In this document: in pieces, positions 38,665 to 48,960 of the stretch
Layout: every line of letters starts with the position of its first letter
How positions within the stretch are numbered: position 1 is the stretch's first letter
Assembly: GCA_965250085.1 (NCBI GenBank)
Contig: OZ252287.1
Coordinates: 128,001-192,000, forward strand
Length of the DNA stretch: 64,000 nucleotides
Reading direction: 5' to 3'
DNA from: Candidatus Altimarinota bacterium
GTDB taxonomy: Bacteria > Patescibacteriota > Gracilibacteria > CAIRYL01
Position numbers and translations under genes: made by a program
The notes under the pieces: model-generated
The model's database searches: none
Seen by the model: only the letters and a program-made list of their open reading frames with translations
What the model was told of the DNA's origin: nothing

Positions 38665-39762
38665 ATGCAATCAAAACAGGAAGCTCGGCTCATTTTACAA
38701 GACGGAACTGAATTTCAGGGAGAAATGTTTGGAGCAAAGCGTTCTGCCGATGGAGAAGTGGTTTTTAGCACCGGAATGATGGGATATGAACAGTCGCTTA
38801 CAGATCCCAGTTTTCGTGGTCAAATTTTGACCTTTACCTATCCGATGATTGGCAATTATGGAATTCCAGATGAAAGAACCCAAGACAATCATGTTTCCCG
38901 AAACTTTGAAGGAGATGTTCATGTGAGAGGAGTTTTGGTCTCAGAAGATTCACTCAGCTTCTCACATTGGAAAGGAAAAAAATCACTTTCCGACTGGCTG
39001 GAAGAAAAAGGGATCCCTGGCGTTTCTGGCATAGATACAAGAGCGCTCACTGAGCACCTGAGAGAAAAAGGATCTCAGCTGGGACAAATCATTCCTGCAG
39101 GAGAAAAGCGGAAGCCATTTGCTCATATTACCGATCCCAATACCCAGAACTTGGTGGCGGAGGTTAGTTGCTCGCAGAAGAAGATATACACACCAGAACG
39201 TTCAAAAGGAAAAACAGTAGTGGTCTATGATATGGGGATTAAAAACAACACCCTTCGATGTTTCCTGAGAAGGGGAGTGAGAGTGATACGCCTCCCATGG
39301 GACTATGATATCCAAAACCTCAAAGAATCATACGATGGTGTGTTTTATTCCAACGGACCCGGAGATCCAGATGTAATCTCCAAAGTGAGCAATGCTAACA
39401 TCCAGTATATTCTCGATCAGAAAATTCCATTTTTTGGAATCTGTTTTGGCAATCAACTCCTGGCACATGCCATTGGAGCCAAAACTAAAAAAATGAAATA
39501 TGGGCATCGAGGGGTCAACCAACCTTGCAGAGAAGTCAAAACTGGCAGATGTGTAGTCACGAGTCAAAACCATGGATATGTAGTAGACAGCAAGAATCTT
39601 CCAAAAGATTGGAAGGTTTCCTGGGAAAATCTGAATGATGGCACTTGCGAAGGCATCAAGCACAAATCACTTCCGGCATTCTCCGTGCAGTTTCACCCAG
39701 AAGCCTGTCCAGGCCCGGAAGATAGTGAATATTTGTTTGATGAGTTTGTAAAGATGCTCTAA
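38665..39762 (+). CDS. carA: Carbamoyl-phosphate synthase small subunit
   Basis: GEVVFSTGMMGY, DTRALT, SNGPGDP, GICFG, QFHPEACPGP. Confidence 0.96.
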   Translation: MQSKQEARLILQDGTEFQGEMFGAKRSADGEVVFSTGMMGYEQSLTDPSFRGQILTFTYPMIGNYGIPDERTQDNHVSRNFEGDVHVRGVLVSEDSLSFSHWKGKKSLSDWLEEKGIPGVSGIDTRALTEHLREKGSQLGQIIPAGEKRKPFAHITDPNTQNLVAEVSCSQKKIYTPERSKGKTVVVYDMGIKNNTLRCFLRRGVRVIRLPWDYDIQNLKESYDGVFYSNGPGDPDVISKVSNANIQYILDQKIPFFGICFGNQLLAHAIGAKTKKMKYGHRGVNQPCREVKTGRCVVTSQNHGYVVDSKNLPKDWKVSWENLNDGTCEGIKHKSLPAFSVQFHPEACPGPEDSEYLFDEFVKML

Positions 39763-39782
39763 TGGTTTAATTCTTTGTAAAG

Positions 39783-40352
39783 ATGAAAGAAATAAAAAAC
39801 ATGATCCATATCTCAACACGAGAAGAATGGAGGCAGTGGCTCGAAAAAAACCATAAAAAGGAAGCAAAAGTTTTTTTAGTGAGTTATAAAAAACACACGG
39901 GCAAACCATCAATTACACATCGAGAATCTCTTGAAGAGGCAATTTGTTTCGGATGGATTGATACCACTATCAAGAGGTTGGATGATGAGCGATATGGGAG
40001 ATATTTTGTCAGAAGAACAGATAGCAGTCGATGGAGTGAAAATACTTTGAAGTATGCCAAAGAGCTTATACGAGAAAAGAGAATGGCACCTGAGGGACTG
40101 AGGAGATATAAAGAAGGACTCAAAAAACCAACACATGATCACGGTATTCCCAAAAACCCATCTCCTCCTCCAGAATTAGAGAGAGCTCTCGCAGAAAATA
40201 AAAAAGCAGAAGAAAACTTTAAAAATCTGGCGCCTTCATACAAGAAGACGTATTTACGCTGGCTACTGGGTGCCAAAAGAGCAGAGACACGTGAAAAACG
40301 AATAACCAGAATCGTGACTCTGATGGAACAAAATAAGAAGCTTGAATTTTAG
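39783..40352 (+). CDS. YdeI/OmpD-associated family protein
   Basis: EWRQWLEKNH, EAICFGWID, AKRAETREKRI. Confidence 0.9.
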   Translation: MKEIKNMIHISTREEWRQWLEKNHKKEAKVFLVSYKKHTGKPSITHRESLEEAICFGWIDTTIKRLDDERYGRYFVRRTDSSRWSENTLKYAKELIREKRMAPEGLRRYKEGLKKPTHDHGIPKNPSPPPELERALAENKKAEENFKNLAPSYKKTYLRWLLGAKRAETREKRITRIVTLMEQNKKLEF

Positions 40353-40362
40353 AGAATGATAC

Positions 40363-41463
40363 TCAAAAGAGTGCTTTTGCAATTTGCTTTTTTAGTGTAT
40401 CCAGGTTCACTTTTTTCTCTGCGGAAATAAAGACTGGATTGCGATCTTTGTATTTTTTGGCGAGTTTGATCTTGCCAAATCTTTTACCGGCAACATCAGT
40501 TTTATTAAACACCAATATTTGCTTTTTATTACCAATTCCCAGATTTCCCAAAATATAGTCCACCACTGCAATTTTCTTTTTCCTTTCTGGATCCGAAACA
40601 TCTATTACATGAAGCAAGAGATCAGAATGGATGGTTTCTGAAAGGGTAGAGGTAAAAGCGGCAATAAGGCGTGGCGGGAGATCGGCAATAAAGCCAATAG
40701 TATCAGAAACCAACACATTTTTTTGTGCGTCAGGGAGATAGAGTTTTCCGACTTTTGTATCCAAGGTGACAAAGAGAGCATTATGAACTTTTACATTTGC
40801 TTTTTTCGTCAAAATTTTCATAAGACTTGATTTCCCAGCGTTCGTATATCCTACCAGAGACACAGTCTTAAAATTTTGCCGTTGCCGCCTTGTTCGTTGG
40901 AGATCTTTTGTTTTTTCCACTTTTTTTAATTTTTCGACAATTTTTCTCTCTTGGCGCCTGAGATGCCTTTTCATGATTTCAATATTCGTTTCTCCAATTC
41001 CACTCGTACCGATACCTCCTCCTTGCCTCGAAAGCTCCATGCCCATTCCAAATATGCGAGGACCCATATGTCGAATTTTTGCGAGATCAATCTGGAGCTT
41101 TGCTTCTGCACTTCCCGCGTGGTCAGAAAAGATTTGCAGAATAAGGTCCATGCGATCCCAGACAACAACCCCTTGCTCTTCAAAAATTTCAGTAAGTCGG
41201 AATATTTGCTGAGGTTTCAGAATATTATTCAAAATAATGAGATCTATTTTTTGTTTTTCTGCTGATTGAATCAACCCGTCAATTGTACTTGTACCAAGAT
41301 ACGTACCATAGTTGATTCGTGGAGGAAGTTGAAGTATTTGAGATCTGTGGATGCCTCCCAATGTGCGAATTAAGTGCATGAATTCTTCAAGGCGGATCTT
41401 TTTGAGAGAAGAAGTCACTTCATCTGGAAGTACATCTATGAGTATGGCATTTTTTTTGCGCAT
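40363..41463 (-). CDS. hflX: Ribosome-splitting GTPase HflX
   Basis: LSRQGGGIG..GET, GYTNAGKS, DTIGFI, NKTD, SA. Confidence 0.95.
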   Translation of the reverse strand: MRKKNAILIDVLPDEVTSSLKKIRLEEFMHLIRTLGGIHRSQILQLPPRINYGTYLGTSTIDGLIQSAEKQKIDLIILNNILKPQQIFRLTEIFEEQGVVVWDRMDLILQIFSDHAGSAEAKLQIDLAKIRHMGPRIFGMGMELSRQGGGIGTSGIGETNIEIMKRHLRRQERKIVEKLKKVEKTKDLQRTRRQRQNFKTVSLVGYTNAGKSSLMKILTKKANVKVHNALFVTLDTKVGKLYLPDAQKNVLVSDTIGFIADLPPRLIAAFTSTLSETIHSDLLLHVIDVSDPERKKKIAVVDYILGNLGIGNKKQILVFNKTDVAGKRFGKIKLAKKYKDRNPVFISAEKKVNLDTLKKQIAKALF

Positions 41464-41552
41464 TGAATTCAAAACAGCGAAGAAAAAAATACACAAAAAA
41501 GGTCCTCTTGAACAGAAGAGAACCCTTTTATATTTCTTAAGAGATAGAAGTC

Positions 41553-41834
41553 TTATGTGTTGCGAACAGCATCTTTAAGACCCTTTCCTGCCTTGAATGT
41601 AGGAAGTTTCATAGCAGGGATACTAATTTTCTGACTTGGGTTTCGTGGGTTGACACCTTGTCGGGCGGCACGATGTGAAACTTTAAAAGTTCCAAAACCA
41701 GTAAGAGTAACATTGGTGCCTCTTTTGAGGGAACCGGTAATACCATCGAGGAGTGCGCCAAGTGCATCGCCAGCAGCACGCTTTGTGATACCAGACTTGC
41801 TGGCCATGTGAGCAATAAGATCTTGCTTCGTCAT
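41553..41834 (-). CDS. hup: DNA-binding protein HU
   Basis: MTKQDLI, GFGTF, RQGVNPR, PTFKAGKGLK. Confidence 0.96.
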   Translation of the reverse strand: MTKQDLIAHMASKSGITKRAAGDALGALLDGITGSLKRGTNVTLTGFGTFKVSHRAARQGVNPRNPSQKISIPAMKLPTFKAGKGLKDAVRNT

Positions 41835-42129
41835 AAAAAAAGGGATAAAAGAGTAAAACTGCGGGAATTCTAGAGCGAAAAATGCAAAAAATCAAGTATG
41901 TCAGACGCGTTCGTAATGAGTCTTATTAAAGCCATTTTTCAGACCTGTTGTATACAAGTTTTTTCCAACGAATTTCGAGAAAAACCAGTTTTTTCATATA
42001 AAAACCAACAATTGAACTCTCTATAGGTTTCAAACCCATAAGTACAATAGATATTCCTCTTGCCTAGACACTGAGAAAGAAAATCGTCAAAATGCGCGAG
42101 ATTGTGTTTTGAACATTAACTGTATCCAC

Positions 42130-43497
42130 ATGAATACTCCTCAGAAATTTTTTGGATTTATTTTGCTCCCAGTCCTCACGTTTATTTTGGGATTTTCTTT
42201 TGCATCTGAATATCAAAAAGCTTCAAAAGGGCCTTCTCTTTCTTCTCGTCCGGATAAGAGCATCCATAATACGGCAGAAGAGATAGATCTCAAAAGTTTC
42301 CAAATGGCTTTAGAGAGTTGGGAAGAACATGCAGAGCGATCTGAAGATGAAAATATAGAAAAATTTAAAGCTTCCCTCAAAAAAACAGAACGATTAGTAC
42401 AAAGTCTTAAGAAATTGGATTTAGACATCCTGTGGGAAACGATAGGGGTACTCGAAGAAAAATATGTAGAACCAGAGAAAATAGATTTTCTCAAAATGGC
42501 AGAGGGAGCTATCAAAGGTGTTGTCTTTAGCGTTGGAGATCCTTACTCTACATACCTTACGGCGGAAGAAAGTAAAGACTTTAATGATGATCTTGCAGGG
42601 GAGCTAGAGGGAGTAGGGGCAGAACTCACCATGAAAAATGGATTTGTAACAGTTGTTTCACCTCTTAAAAACTCACCAGCTAGTAAAGGAGGGATCTTGC
42701 CAGAAGATGTGATTATTCAGGTAAATGATGAAGATATCACCAACAAAAGCTTGGGAGAGGTGGTTAAAAAAATAAGAGGACCCCGAGGGACCTCTGTTTC
42801 ACTCACGCTCCTCAGGCGTAATGTCCCAGATCCCATAGTGGTAGAAATTGTCCGTCAGAAGATCATTGTAGAAAGTGTGAGCCTTGAAATGAATGATGAC
42901 ATTGCTGTGCTAGAGGTAAATCAATTTGGAGACCGTACTGAAAAAGAGTTTGAAAAACATGTTCGTGATCTCATCACCAAAAATCCAAAAGGAGTAGTCC
43001 TCGATCTCAGATTTAACCCAGGTGGATATTTGGAAACAGCCATTGCGCTGGTTTCTATATTTGTCAAAGAAGGAAAAGTTGTAGTGCAAAAAGAAAGGGC
43101 TCCAAGTGTCGTAAACAAATATGTATATGACGGCAAAGCTCTTACGGATCTTCCTTTGGTAGTGCTCATTAATAAGGGGAGTGCAAGCGCTGCAGAGATT
43201 GTCGCTGGAGCCTTACAGGATCATGAGAGAGCTCTTGTAGTGGGGGAGCAGAGTTTTGGGAAAGGCACAGTGCAGGAAATTATTCCACTCTCAGATGGTT
43301 CAAATGTCAGACTTACTGTTGCCAAATGGCTCACTCCTGAAGGAAGAGATATTTCTGAAGTTGGTATTACTCCAGATATTGTTATAGAACGAACTCCAGA
43401 AGACTTTGAAAATGATCTTGATCCACAAATGGAGACCGCCCTCAAAATTCTCAGGGAAGCGCAAACGTTAGAAGATTTGAAGGGAAATGAAAATTAG
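42130..43497 (+). CDS. S41 C-terminal processing protease (CtpA-like)
   Basis: GDPYSTY, PDZ, LDLRFNPGG, SASAAEI, FGKGTVQ. Confidence 0.93.
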   Translation: MNTPQKFFGFILLPVLTFILGFSFASEYQKASKGPSLSSRPDKSIHNTAEEIDLKSFQMALESWEEHAERSEDENIEKFKASLKKTERLVQSLKKLDLDILWETIGVLEEKYVEPEKIDFLKMAEGAIKGVVFSVGDPYSTYLTAEESKDFNDDLAGELEGVGAELTMKNGFVTVVSPLKNSPASKGGILPEDVIIQVNDEDITNKSLGEVVKKIRGPRGTSVSLTLLRRNVPDPIVVEIVRQKIIVESVSLEMNDDIAVLEVNQFGDRTEKEFEKHVRDLITKNPKGVVLDLRFNPGGYLETAIALVSIFVKEGKVVVQKERAPSVVNKYVYDGKALTDLPLVVLINKGSASAAEIVAGALQDHERALVVGEQSFGKGTVQEIIPLSDGSNVRLTVAKWLTPEGRDISEVGITPDIVIERTPEDFENDLDPQMETALKILREAQTLEDLKGNEN

Positions 43498-44069
43498 TAT
43501 TTTTTCTTACTCATTTCGTACACACCTTCCAGCCACTTCTCAAGATATTCTGGAGTTCGTTTGCGTTTAAAAGAAAGAAGCCTAAATGATATGAGCTTGA
43601 GGCCACAAAATCCTAATCGTCCCAAATTCCAACTCGTTTTAAATGGCTTGCAAACACTATAAAACCAACTGGGGCCATCAGCAGTGATAAAAATACGGGC
43701 AATTTTTCCCTTGAGGAGTTGGCGGGGGAGAAATTTACTGTCTTTTGTGTATCGATATGCAAATCCAGAGGTAAAGTTCATATCTACCCAGTTTTTGAGA
43801 ATTGCAGGAGCATCAAACCACCACAGAGGATGCACAATCACAATTTCATCAGCCCAAGTGATTTTCTCCTGCATTTTGGTACGAACCGGATCATCTGGCC
43901 AATTTCTCACATCTTCAAATTCCAGAAAATCTTGCCGATTTTCAGGTGCATAGAGATCTATAACTTCCACATTCTTCCCCGATTCTTCAGCGCCTTTTCT
44001 ATATATATTTGCAATGCGATGAGTAAAGCCTTTGGAGCTTGGATGAGCGGTAACAATGAGTATATTCAT
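43494..44069 (-). CDS. Flavodoxin-fold NAD(P)H oxidoreductase
   Basis: NILIVTAHP, PLWWFDAPAILKNWVD. Confidence 0.9.
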   Translation of the reverse strand: MNILIVTAHPSSKGFTHRIANIYRKGAEESGKNVEVIDLYAPENRQDFLEFEDVRNWPDDPVRTKMQEKITWADEIVIVHPLWWFDAPAILKNWVDMNFTSGFAYRYTKDSKFLPRQLLKGKIARIFITADGPSWFYSVCKPFKTSWNLGRLGFCGLKLISFRLLSFKRKRTPEYLEKWLEGVYEMSKKKY

Positions 44070-44088
44070 AAGGAAGAAAAAAGAGAGT

Positions 44089-44613
44089 TTATACACCCGA
44101 TTGTAGAAGAAAGAAGAATATTGTTCCAATAAGAAAGGCAAGAAAAATAACAAAAAAGAGAAATTTTCTTACCTGTAAAGAGTGAACTTTGCTTTGTAAA
44201 TGTTGTATCTCATCTTCTTGCTCTCCAAGAATTGACTGCAAATCCTTTTGAGCATTACGAGATTCAAGAAGAGGAACTGAATGCCTGAGCTCTGACTCTA
44301 AAAATCCTAACTTTTGATGAAGTTGCATAAGGAGCACATCCTTCTTCTCGAGTTCTTTTTTTGTTTCTTTCAAAAGAATTTTATATTTTTGAGGAGACTC
44401 ATAGATTTCTTCATCTGATGTTGCAGGCAGTACATGAAGATTATGAGCGTTACGCGATTTCTGAAAAGCTTGAACATCCCCCATGCGAAAAAATATGCGC
44501 CCTTTTTTTCGTACAGAGTTCAGTTTTTTCCCCTTTACATACCGATCAAGGGTGCGAGTCGATACTTCAAGGATTTCGGCCGCCTCATGTCTTCCGATCA
44601 AATTTTGGATCAT
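44089..44613 (-). CDS. MerR/excisionase-like HTH protein with coiled coil and C-terminal TM
   Basis: EAAEILEVSTRTLDRYVKGKKL; hydrophobic tail. Confidence 0.75.
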   Translation of the reverse strand: MIQNLIGRHEAAEILEVSTRTLDRYVKGKKLNSVRKKGRIFFRMGDVQAFQKSRNAHNLHVLPATSDEEIYESPQKYKILLKETKKELEKKDVLLMQLHQKLGFLESELRHSVPLLESRNAQKDLQSILGEQEDEIQHLQSKVHSLQVRKFLFFVIFLAFLIGTIFFFLLQSGV

Positions 44614-44771
44614 ATGCTGTACAGAGGAAACAAAGAAGATCTTTCTCTATTGTTGCCAAAACTCTATCAAAAAGACAAGAAAATCGTGCAAAAACCACAA
44701 GTTTTTTAGAAAATACTTGAAGAAAAGGTATAAAAACCGTCACAATGTAAACGGTAAAACTTCAAAAAAAT

Positions 44772-46196
44772 ATGCTGAGACGATTTTTGTTTTCTATCAC
44801 GGCTCTTTTTTCCCTCTTTTTTTTCCTTGGAGCGAGCGATTCTTTTGCTGCTGTGCCAAGTGAATGGAAAATTAACATCACCCTCAAGCATGAATATTAT
44901 CACTTTGTCCTACCCCTCAGATCCGCTCCTTCGGATCACTTTTTTCAACAGAAAAAAGTGATTTCTCCTCAGACAATTTCTCTCTCAGGAGAGAATCCAT
45001 TTTTTTGCTCTGATGATGAATCAGAGCAAAGTGAAATAAATGAGTCAGAAATATTCGATGAATGGGAGGTAAATGGAGAAGAAATCTCCAATTTTCTTCA
45101 AAAAAAAGTCAGTCCAAAGATTGGAAGAGCTGCCAGCAATGTTACCATCTCTCGAGACGAACATGGAAACATCGCTTTTGATGGATATGCAGACTTTGGA
45201 GAAGAACTCGATATAGAAGCCTCTACCAAACTTATTGCTGAAGCTATTTATAATGGGGTTCCGCAAGTACACTTGGCCGTGATAAAAACAGATCCAGTAG
45301 TGACAGTATTGGACGAAGAACTCAGAGAGAAAGGGATTACAAGCCTCCTTTCCGTAGGAAGAAGTGATTTTACTGGGTCCCCTCGAAACAGGGTGCACAA
45401 CATTGGAGTAGGGGCAAACAGATTTAACGGACTTCTCATTGAGCAAGGACAGGAGTTTTCATTTAATCAGCATCTCGGAAGAGTAGATGGATCTACTGGA
45501 TATCTCAAAGAATTGGTAATCGTGGGTCCAAAAACTATTCCAGAATATGGTGGAGGGCTCTGCCAAGTGTCTTCTACCACATATAGAGGGGCAATGCTTG
45601 CCGGTTTTCCTATTGTAGAAAGAAAAAATCATTCATACTCAGTCGTGTATTATCATCCTGTCGGAAGCGATGCCACTATTTACCCAGGATCTGCAGATTT
45701 TAAATTCATGAATGACACGCCAGGAGCAATTCTTATTCAAACTCAGGCGAAAGGAGAGGAATTGTATTTTCACTATTATGGCACCAAAGATGAGAGACAA
45801 GTGAGCCTCATGGGGCCATATACATGGGGATATGTGAGTGCACCGGCACCAAAACACACCACTTCTAATGACATTCCTGTAGGAACGAGTCAGCAGTTGT
45901 CTGGATACCATCCAGGACTCAGCAGCTCTTGGTATCGAAAAGTTCAATATCAAGAAGAAGAGCAAATATCTTCTGATCAGGAAAAATCTGTAGAAATTGT
46001 GTTCTTAGAAGAAGAAACTCCTTCGGATGAGCCTGAACAGGAAGTGCCAAATGAGGGACTTGCTCCTAAAGACAACTGGGAAGCATATCACTCCAAGTAT
46101 CAGGCGAGAGGCGTATGGGTCGTCACTGGCGTATCTGCAGAAGAATCTTCTGAAGAAAATAATTCTTCTTCTGATGGAAGTTGGATAGCTGAATAA
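44772..46196 (+). CDS. VanW family protein
   Basis: RVHNI, FSFN, GGGLCQVSST, ERKNHS, DATIY. Confidence 0.9.
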   Translation: MLRRFLFSITALFSLFFFLGASDSFAAVPSEWKINITLKHEYYHFVLPLRSAPSDHFFQQKKVISPQTISLSGENPFFCSDDESEQSEINESEIFDEWEVNGEEISNFLQKKVSPKIGRAASNVTISRDEHGNIAFDGYADFGEELDIEASTKLIAEAIYNGVPQVHLAVIKTDPVVTVLDEELREKGITSLLSVGRSDFTGSPRNRVHNIGVGANRFNGLLIEQGQEFSFNQHLGRVDGSTGYLKELVIVGPKTIPEYGGGLCQVSSTTYRGAMLAGFPIVERKNHSYSVVYYHPVGSDATIYPGSADFKFMNDTPGAILIQTQAKGEELYFHYYGTKDERQVSLMGPYTWGYVSAPAPKHTTSNDIPVGTSQQLSGYHPGLSSSWYRKVQYQEEEQISSDQEKSVEIVFLEEETPSDEPEQEVPNEGLAPKDNWEAYHSKYQARGVWVVTGVSAEESSEENNSSSDGSWIAE

Positions 46197-46205
46197 TGTT
46201 TTTGA

Positions 46206-47888
46206 ATGAACAAAACCTGCGTCCACTGCTCGGCCGAGTTTAAAATCACAGATAAAGATTTAAAGTTTTATGACAGCGTTTCACCTATTTTTTCTGGGAA
46301 AAAATATCAAATTCCTGAGCCAACACATTGTCCCAAATGTAGGCAGCTGAGAAGAATGGCATTTCGAAATGAAAGAAATTTGTACAGAAGAAAACAGTCC
46401 CGAGAGGACAAAGAAATGATTTCTATTTATTCTCCCGACAAAAAGTATAATATTTTGCATCCAAATGCTTGGTGGAGCGATCAGTGGAATGCACTTGATT
46501 ATGGTCAAGAATTTGATTTTTCATGTGGTTTTTTTGAACAATTTTCAAATCTTTTAAGAAAAACTCCTCTTTTGGGATTATGCGCGCTCGGATGTGAAAA
46601 TGCAGAGTATGTAAATTATTGTGGATATTCAAGAAATGCTTATCTTTCCTATAATTCTGATTATTCAGAAAATCTTCTCTATAGTTCTGATTGCATCCAA
46701 TGCAAAGATGTTATTGATTGCCTCAAATGCTCTCATTCAGAACTCTGCTATGAATGCGTAGACGTACATAATTCTTATAACACTTCATATTCTCAGTTAT
46801 GTGAGAATTGTTCAAATTCTAAATTTTTATTTGACTGCCATAGTTGCCATGACTGTTTTGGATCAGCGGGCTTGAGAAATAAAAAACATATTTTCCTGAA
46901 TACGCAATACTCGAAAGAAGAATATAATCATAAAATTCAAGAACTGGAACAATTTTCGCGAGAAAAAATAAAAAAAGATGTACAAAAATCGTGGAATGAA
47001 ATTCCAAGAATTTGTGCTCAAATACGAAATTCTAAAAACGTAAGTGGAGATTATGTCTCTCATTCAAAAGGAATTGAACGTAGTTTTGACATACAGCAGT
47101 GTGAAGATATTAAATATTGCGGAACACTTAACACAGCAAAAAATTGCTATGATTGGGATTATACTGGATACAACTCTGAACTCTGCTATGAGCTCTCCAG
47201 TTGCGGAGATAGAATCTACAACTCTTCATTTTCGTGCAATATATGGTCAGGTGGGAAAGATACTTTTTATTGTTTTCTGGGTTCAGCAATGAAAAACTGC
47301 TTTGGCTGCGTTGGACTGAGACACAAGAAATACTGCATCTTGAACAAACAGTACAGCAAGGAAGAATATGAAGAACTGGTTCCAAAGATCATAGAACATA
47401 TGAGAGAAACAGGAGAATGGGGAGAGTTTTTTCCAGTAGAGCTGTCACCCTTTGCCTATAACGAAACCGTAGCGCAAGAATACTATCCACTCACCAAAGA
47501 AGAAGTCCTTAAGAAAGGATGGAAATGGAAAGAAGAAGAGGAACCAGATTTTTCTGATGTGAGTAAAAAGATCCCAGCTGCCCAACTTCCAGAGAAGATA
47601 AAAGACATTCCTGACGATATTCTTTCTTGGGCACTAGAGTGTCAGGAAACCAAGAAGCTGTACAAGATCCAGAAAGCAGAGCTTGAATTCTATCGCAAGC
47701 AACATCTTCCGATTCCTCATTTACATCCAGACGTAAGACACCAGAAGCGGATGTCACTGAGGAATCCCAGAAAGCTCTACTCAAGGACTTGTGACAAGTG
47801 CAGCAAATCAATACAAACCACTTATTCACCAGAGAGACCGGAGACGGTATACTGCGAAGAGTGTTATTTGAAAGAGATTTATGAATAA
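46206..47888 (+). CDS. Cys-rich repeat protein with terminal zinc ribbons (C-terminal CxxC-x17-CxxC)
   Basis: CVHC..CPKC, FRNERNLYRR, CFGCVGLR, WGEFFP..SPFAYNET, CDKC..CEEC. Confidence 0.8.
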   Translation: MNKTCVHCSAEFKITDKDLKFYDSVSPIFSGKKYQIPEPTHCPKCRQLRRMAFRNERNLYRRKQSREDKEMISIYSPDKKYNILHPNAWWSDQWNALDYGQEFDFSCGFFEQFSNLLRKTPLLGLCALGCENAEYVNYCGYSRNAYLSYNSDYSENLLYSSDCIQCKDVIDCLKCSHSELCYECVDVHNSYNTSYSQLCENCSNSKFLFDCHSCHDCFGSAGLRNKKHIFLNTQYSKEEYNHKIQELEQFSREKIKKDVQKSWNEIPRICAQIRNSKNVSGDYVSHSKGIERSFDIQQCEDIKYCGTLNTAKNCYDWDYTGYNSELCYELSSCGDRIYNSSFSCNIWSGGKDTFYCFLGSAMKNCFGCVGLRHKKYCILNKQYSKEEYEELVPKIIEHMRETGEWGEFFPVELSPFAYNETVAQEYYPLTKEEVLKKGWKWKEEEEPDFSDVSKKIPAAQLPEKIKDIPDDILSWALECQETKKLYKIQKAELEFYRKQHLPIPHLHPDVRHQKRMSLRNPRKLYSRTCDKCSKSIQTTYSPERPETVYCEECYLKEIYE

Positions 47889-47897
47889 TGTGAATTT

Positions 47898-48555
47898 ATG
47901 AAAAACGGAATCGATAAAGAGATACGATTACAGGCGTCACAAACATGTGTCATCGTTATTGATCCTCAGAAAGGTTTTACTTCTGAGGGATCATTTGGAA
48001 AAGCATTTTCCAAAAAAGATATAAAACCCATAGAAGAATCTTTTGAAAAATTAGAAAATTTTATAAATGCTCTTCCTCCAGAGGTTTATCGTATTTTTGT
48101 GAAATCTCAATACAGAAAAGGACAGTTCACAAGTGGTCAGCTCCATGAGCCACTCTCTTCACTTTGTGTTCCAGAAGCTCATAATAACGATATGGAATTT
48201 GCTATTACCAAGCCATCTGAAGAGACTCTTGTTTATAAATCTCAAAATAATTCCCTCGCTTCTCCAGAATTTCTTCAATAATATCCTCAGTGTAAGGAAA
48301 GAAGGGGTTGTAAGTTTTGTCCTCGGAGGATGTACTCTTACCACCTGTGTTTATGAGACGACTACGTCTCTCAGGAGGTTCCTGACTTCCTTGGATTCAG
48401 ATACAGTGCGATCTGAAGTTATACTTCCTTTAAGTATCGCGGGAGCACGAAAAAGTCATTACGAGAGTGAAAAAGTAAATACGGTCATTGCGGAGCTTCG
48501 AGAAGTAGGAATTGAAGTGTTAGACCTCGCAAAGAAAATAGTGTTCACGGAGTAA
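47898..48555 (+). pseudogene. Isochorismatase/cysteine hydrolase split by a frameshift
   Basis: IVIDPQKGF in ORF 47898; VLGGCTLTTCVYET in the +1 frame ORF; junction ~48270-48281. Confidence 0.75.
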
Positions 48556-48617
48556 AAATTTGACATAAAAATAAAAATATAGTACATATGTAACATGTTG
48601 CAAGTAATCATTCTTAT

Positions 48618-48851
48618 ATGCTGAGTTCAGAAAAAACGAAAGGTATGATAGCCGCTACTCAAAAAGGCAGGCATGATTTTCATGAATCACTTGTCATTGG
48701 GGCCGAAGGAACATCTCATATGACTTTCACAAGACGAGAGGGAGAAACGAACGATACTTTTCAGAAGAGGATAGATAAAGCAAGTAGTGCATATAGGGGA
48801 CAAATAAATGCAAGAGTGGTGAGGATTCCTCGTGGTCTGGACGCTAAGTAA
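48618..48851 (+). CDS. Small hypothetical protein
   Basis: 77-aa ORF preceded by TTGACA-17-TACATA-like promoter (~48560-48588). Confidence 0.5.
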   Translation: MLSSEKTKGMIAATQKGRHDFHESLVIGAEGTSHMTFTRREGETNDTFQKRIDKASSAYRGQINARVVRIPRGLDAK

Positions 48852-48960
48852 TTTCCTAAAATCTTTATGGTAAGGGAATTTTCTCCATTTTCTCTTTTCA
48901 GATTTACCCCATTCCCGTACAATCTGCGGGAATTTTTTTGTTGTATCACACTTTTTTTTT

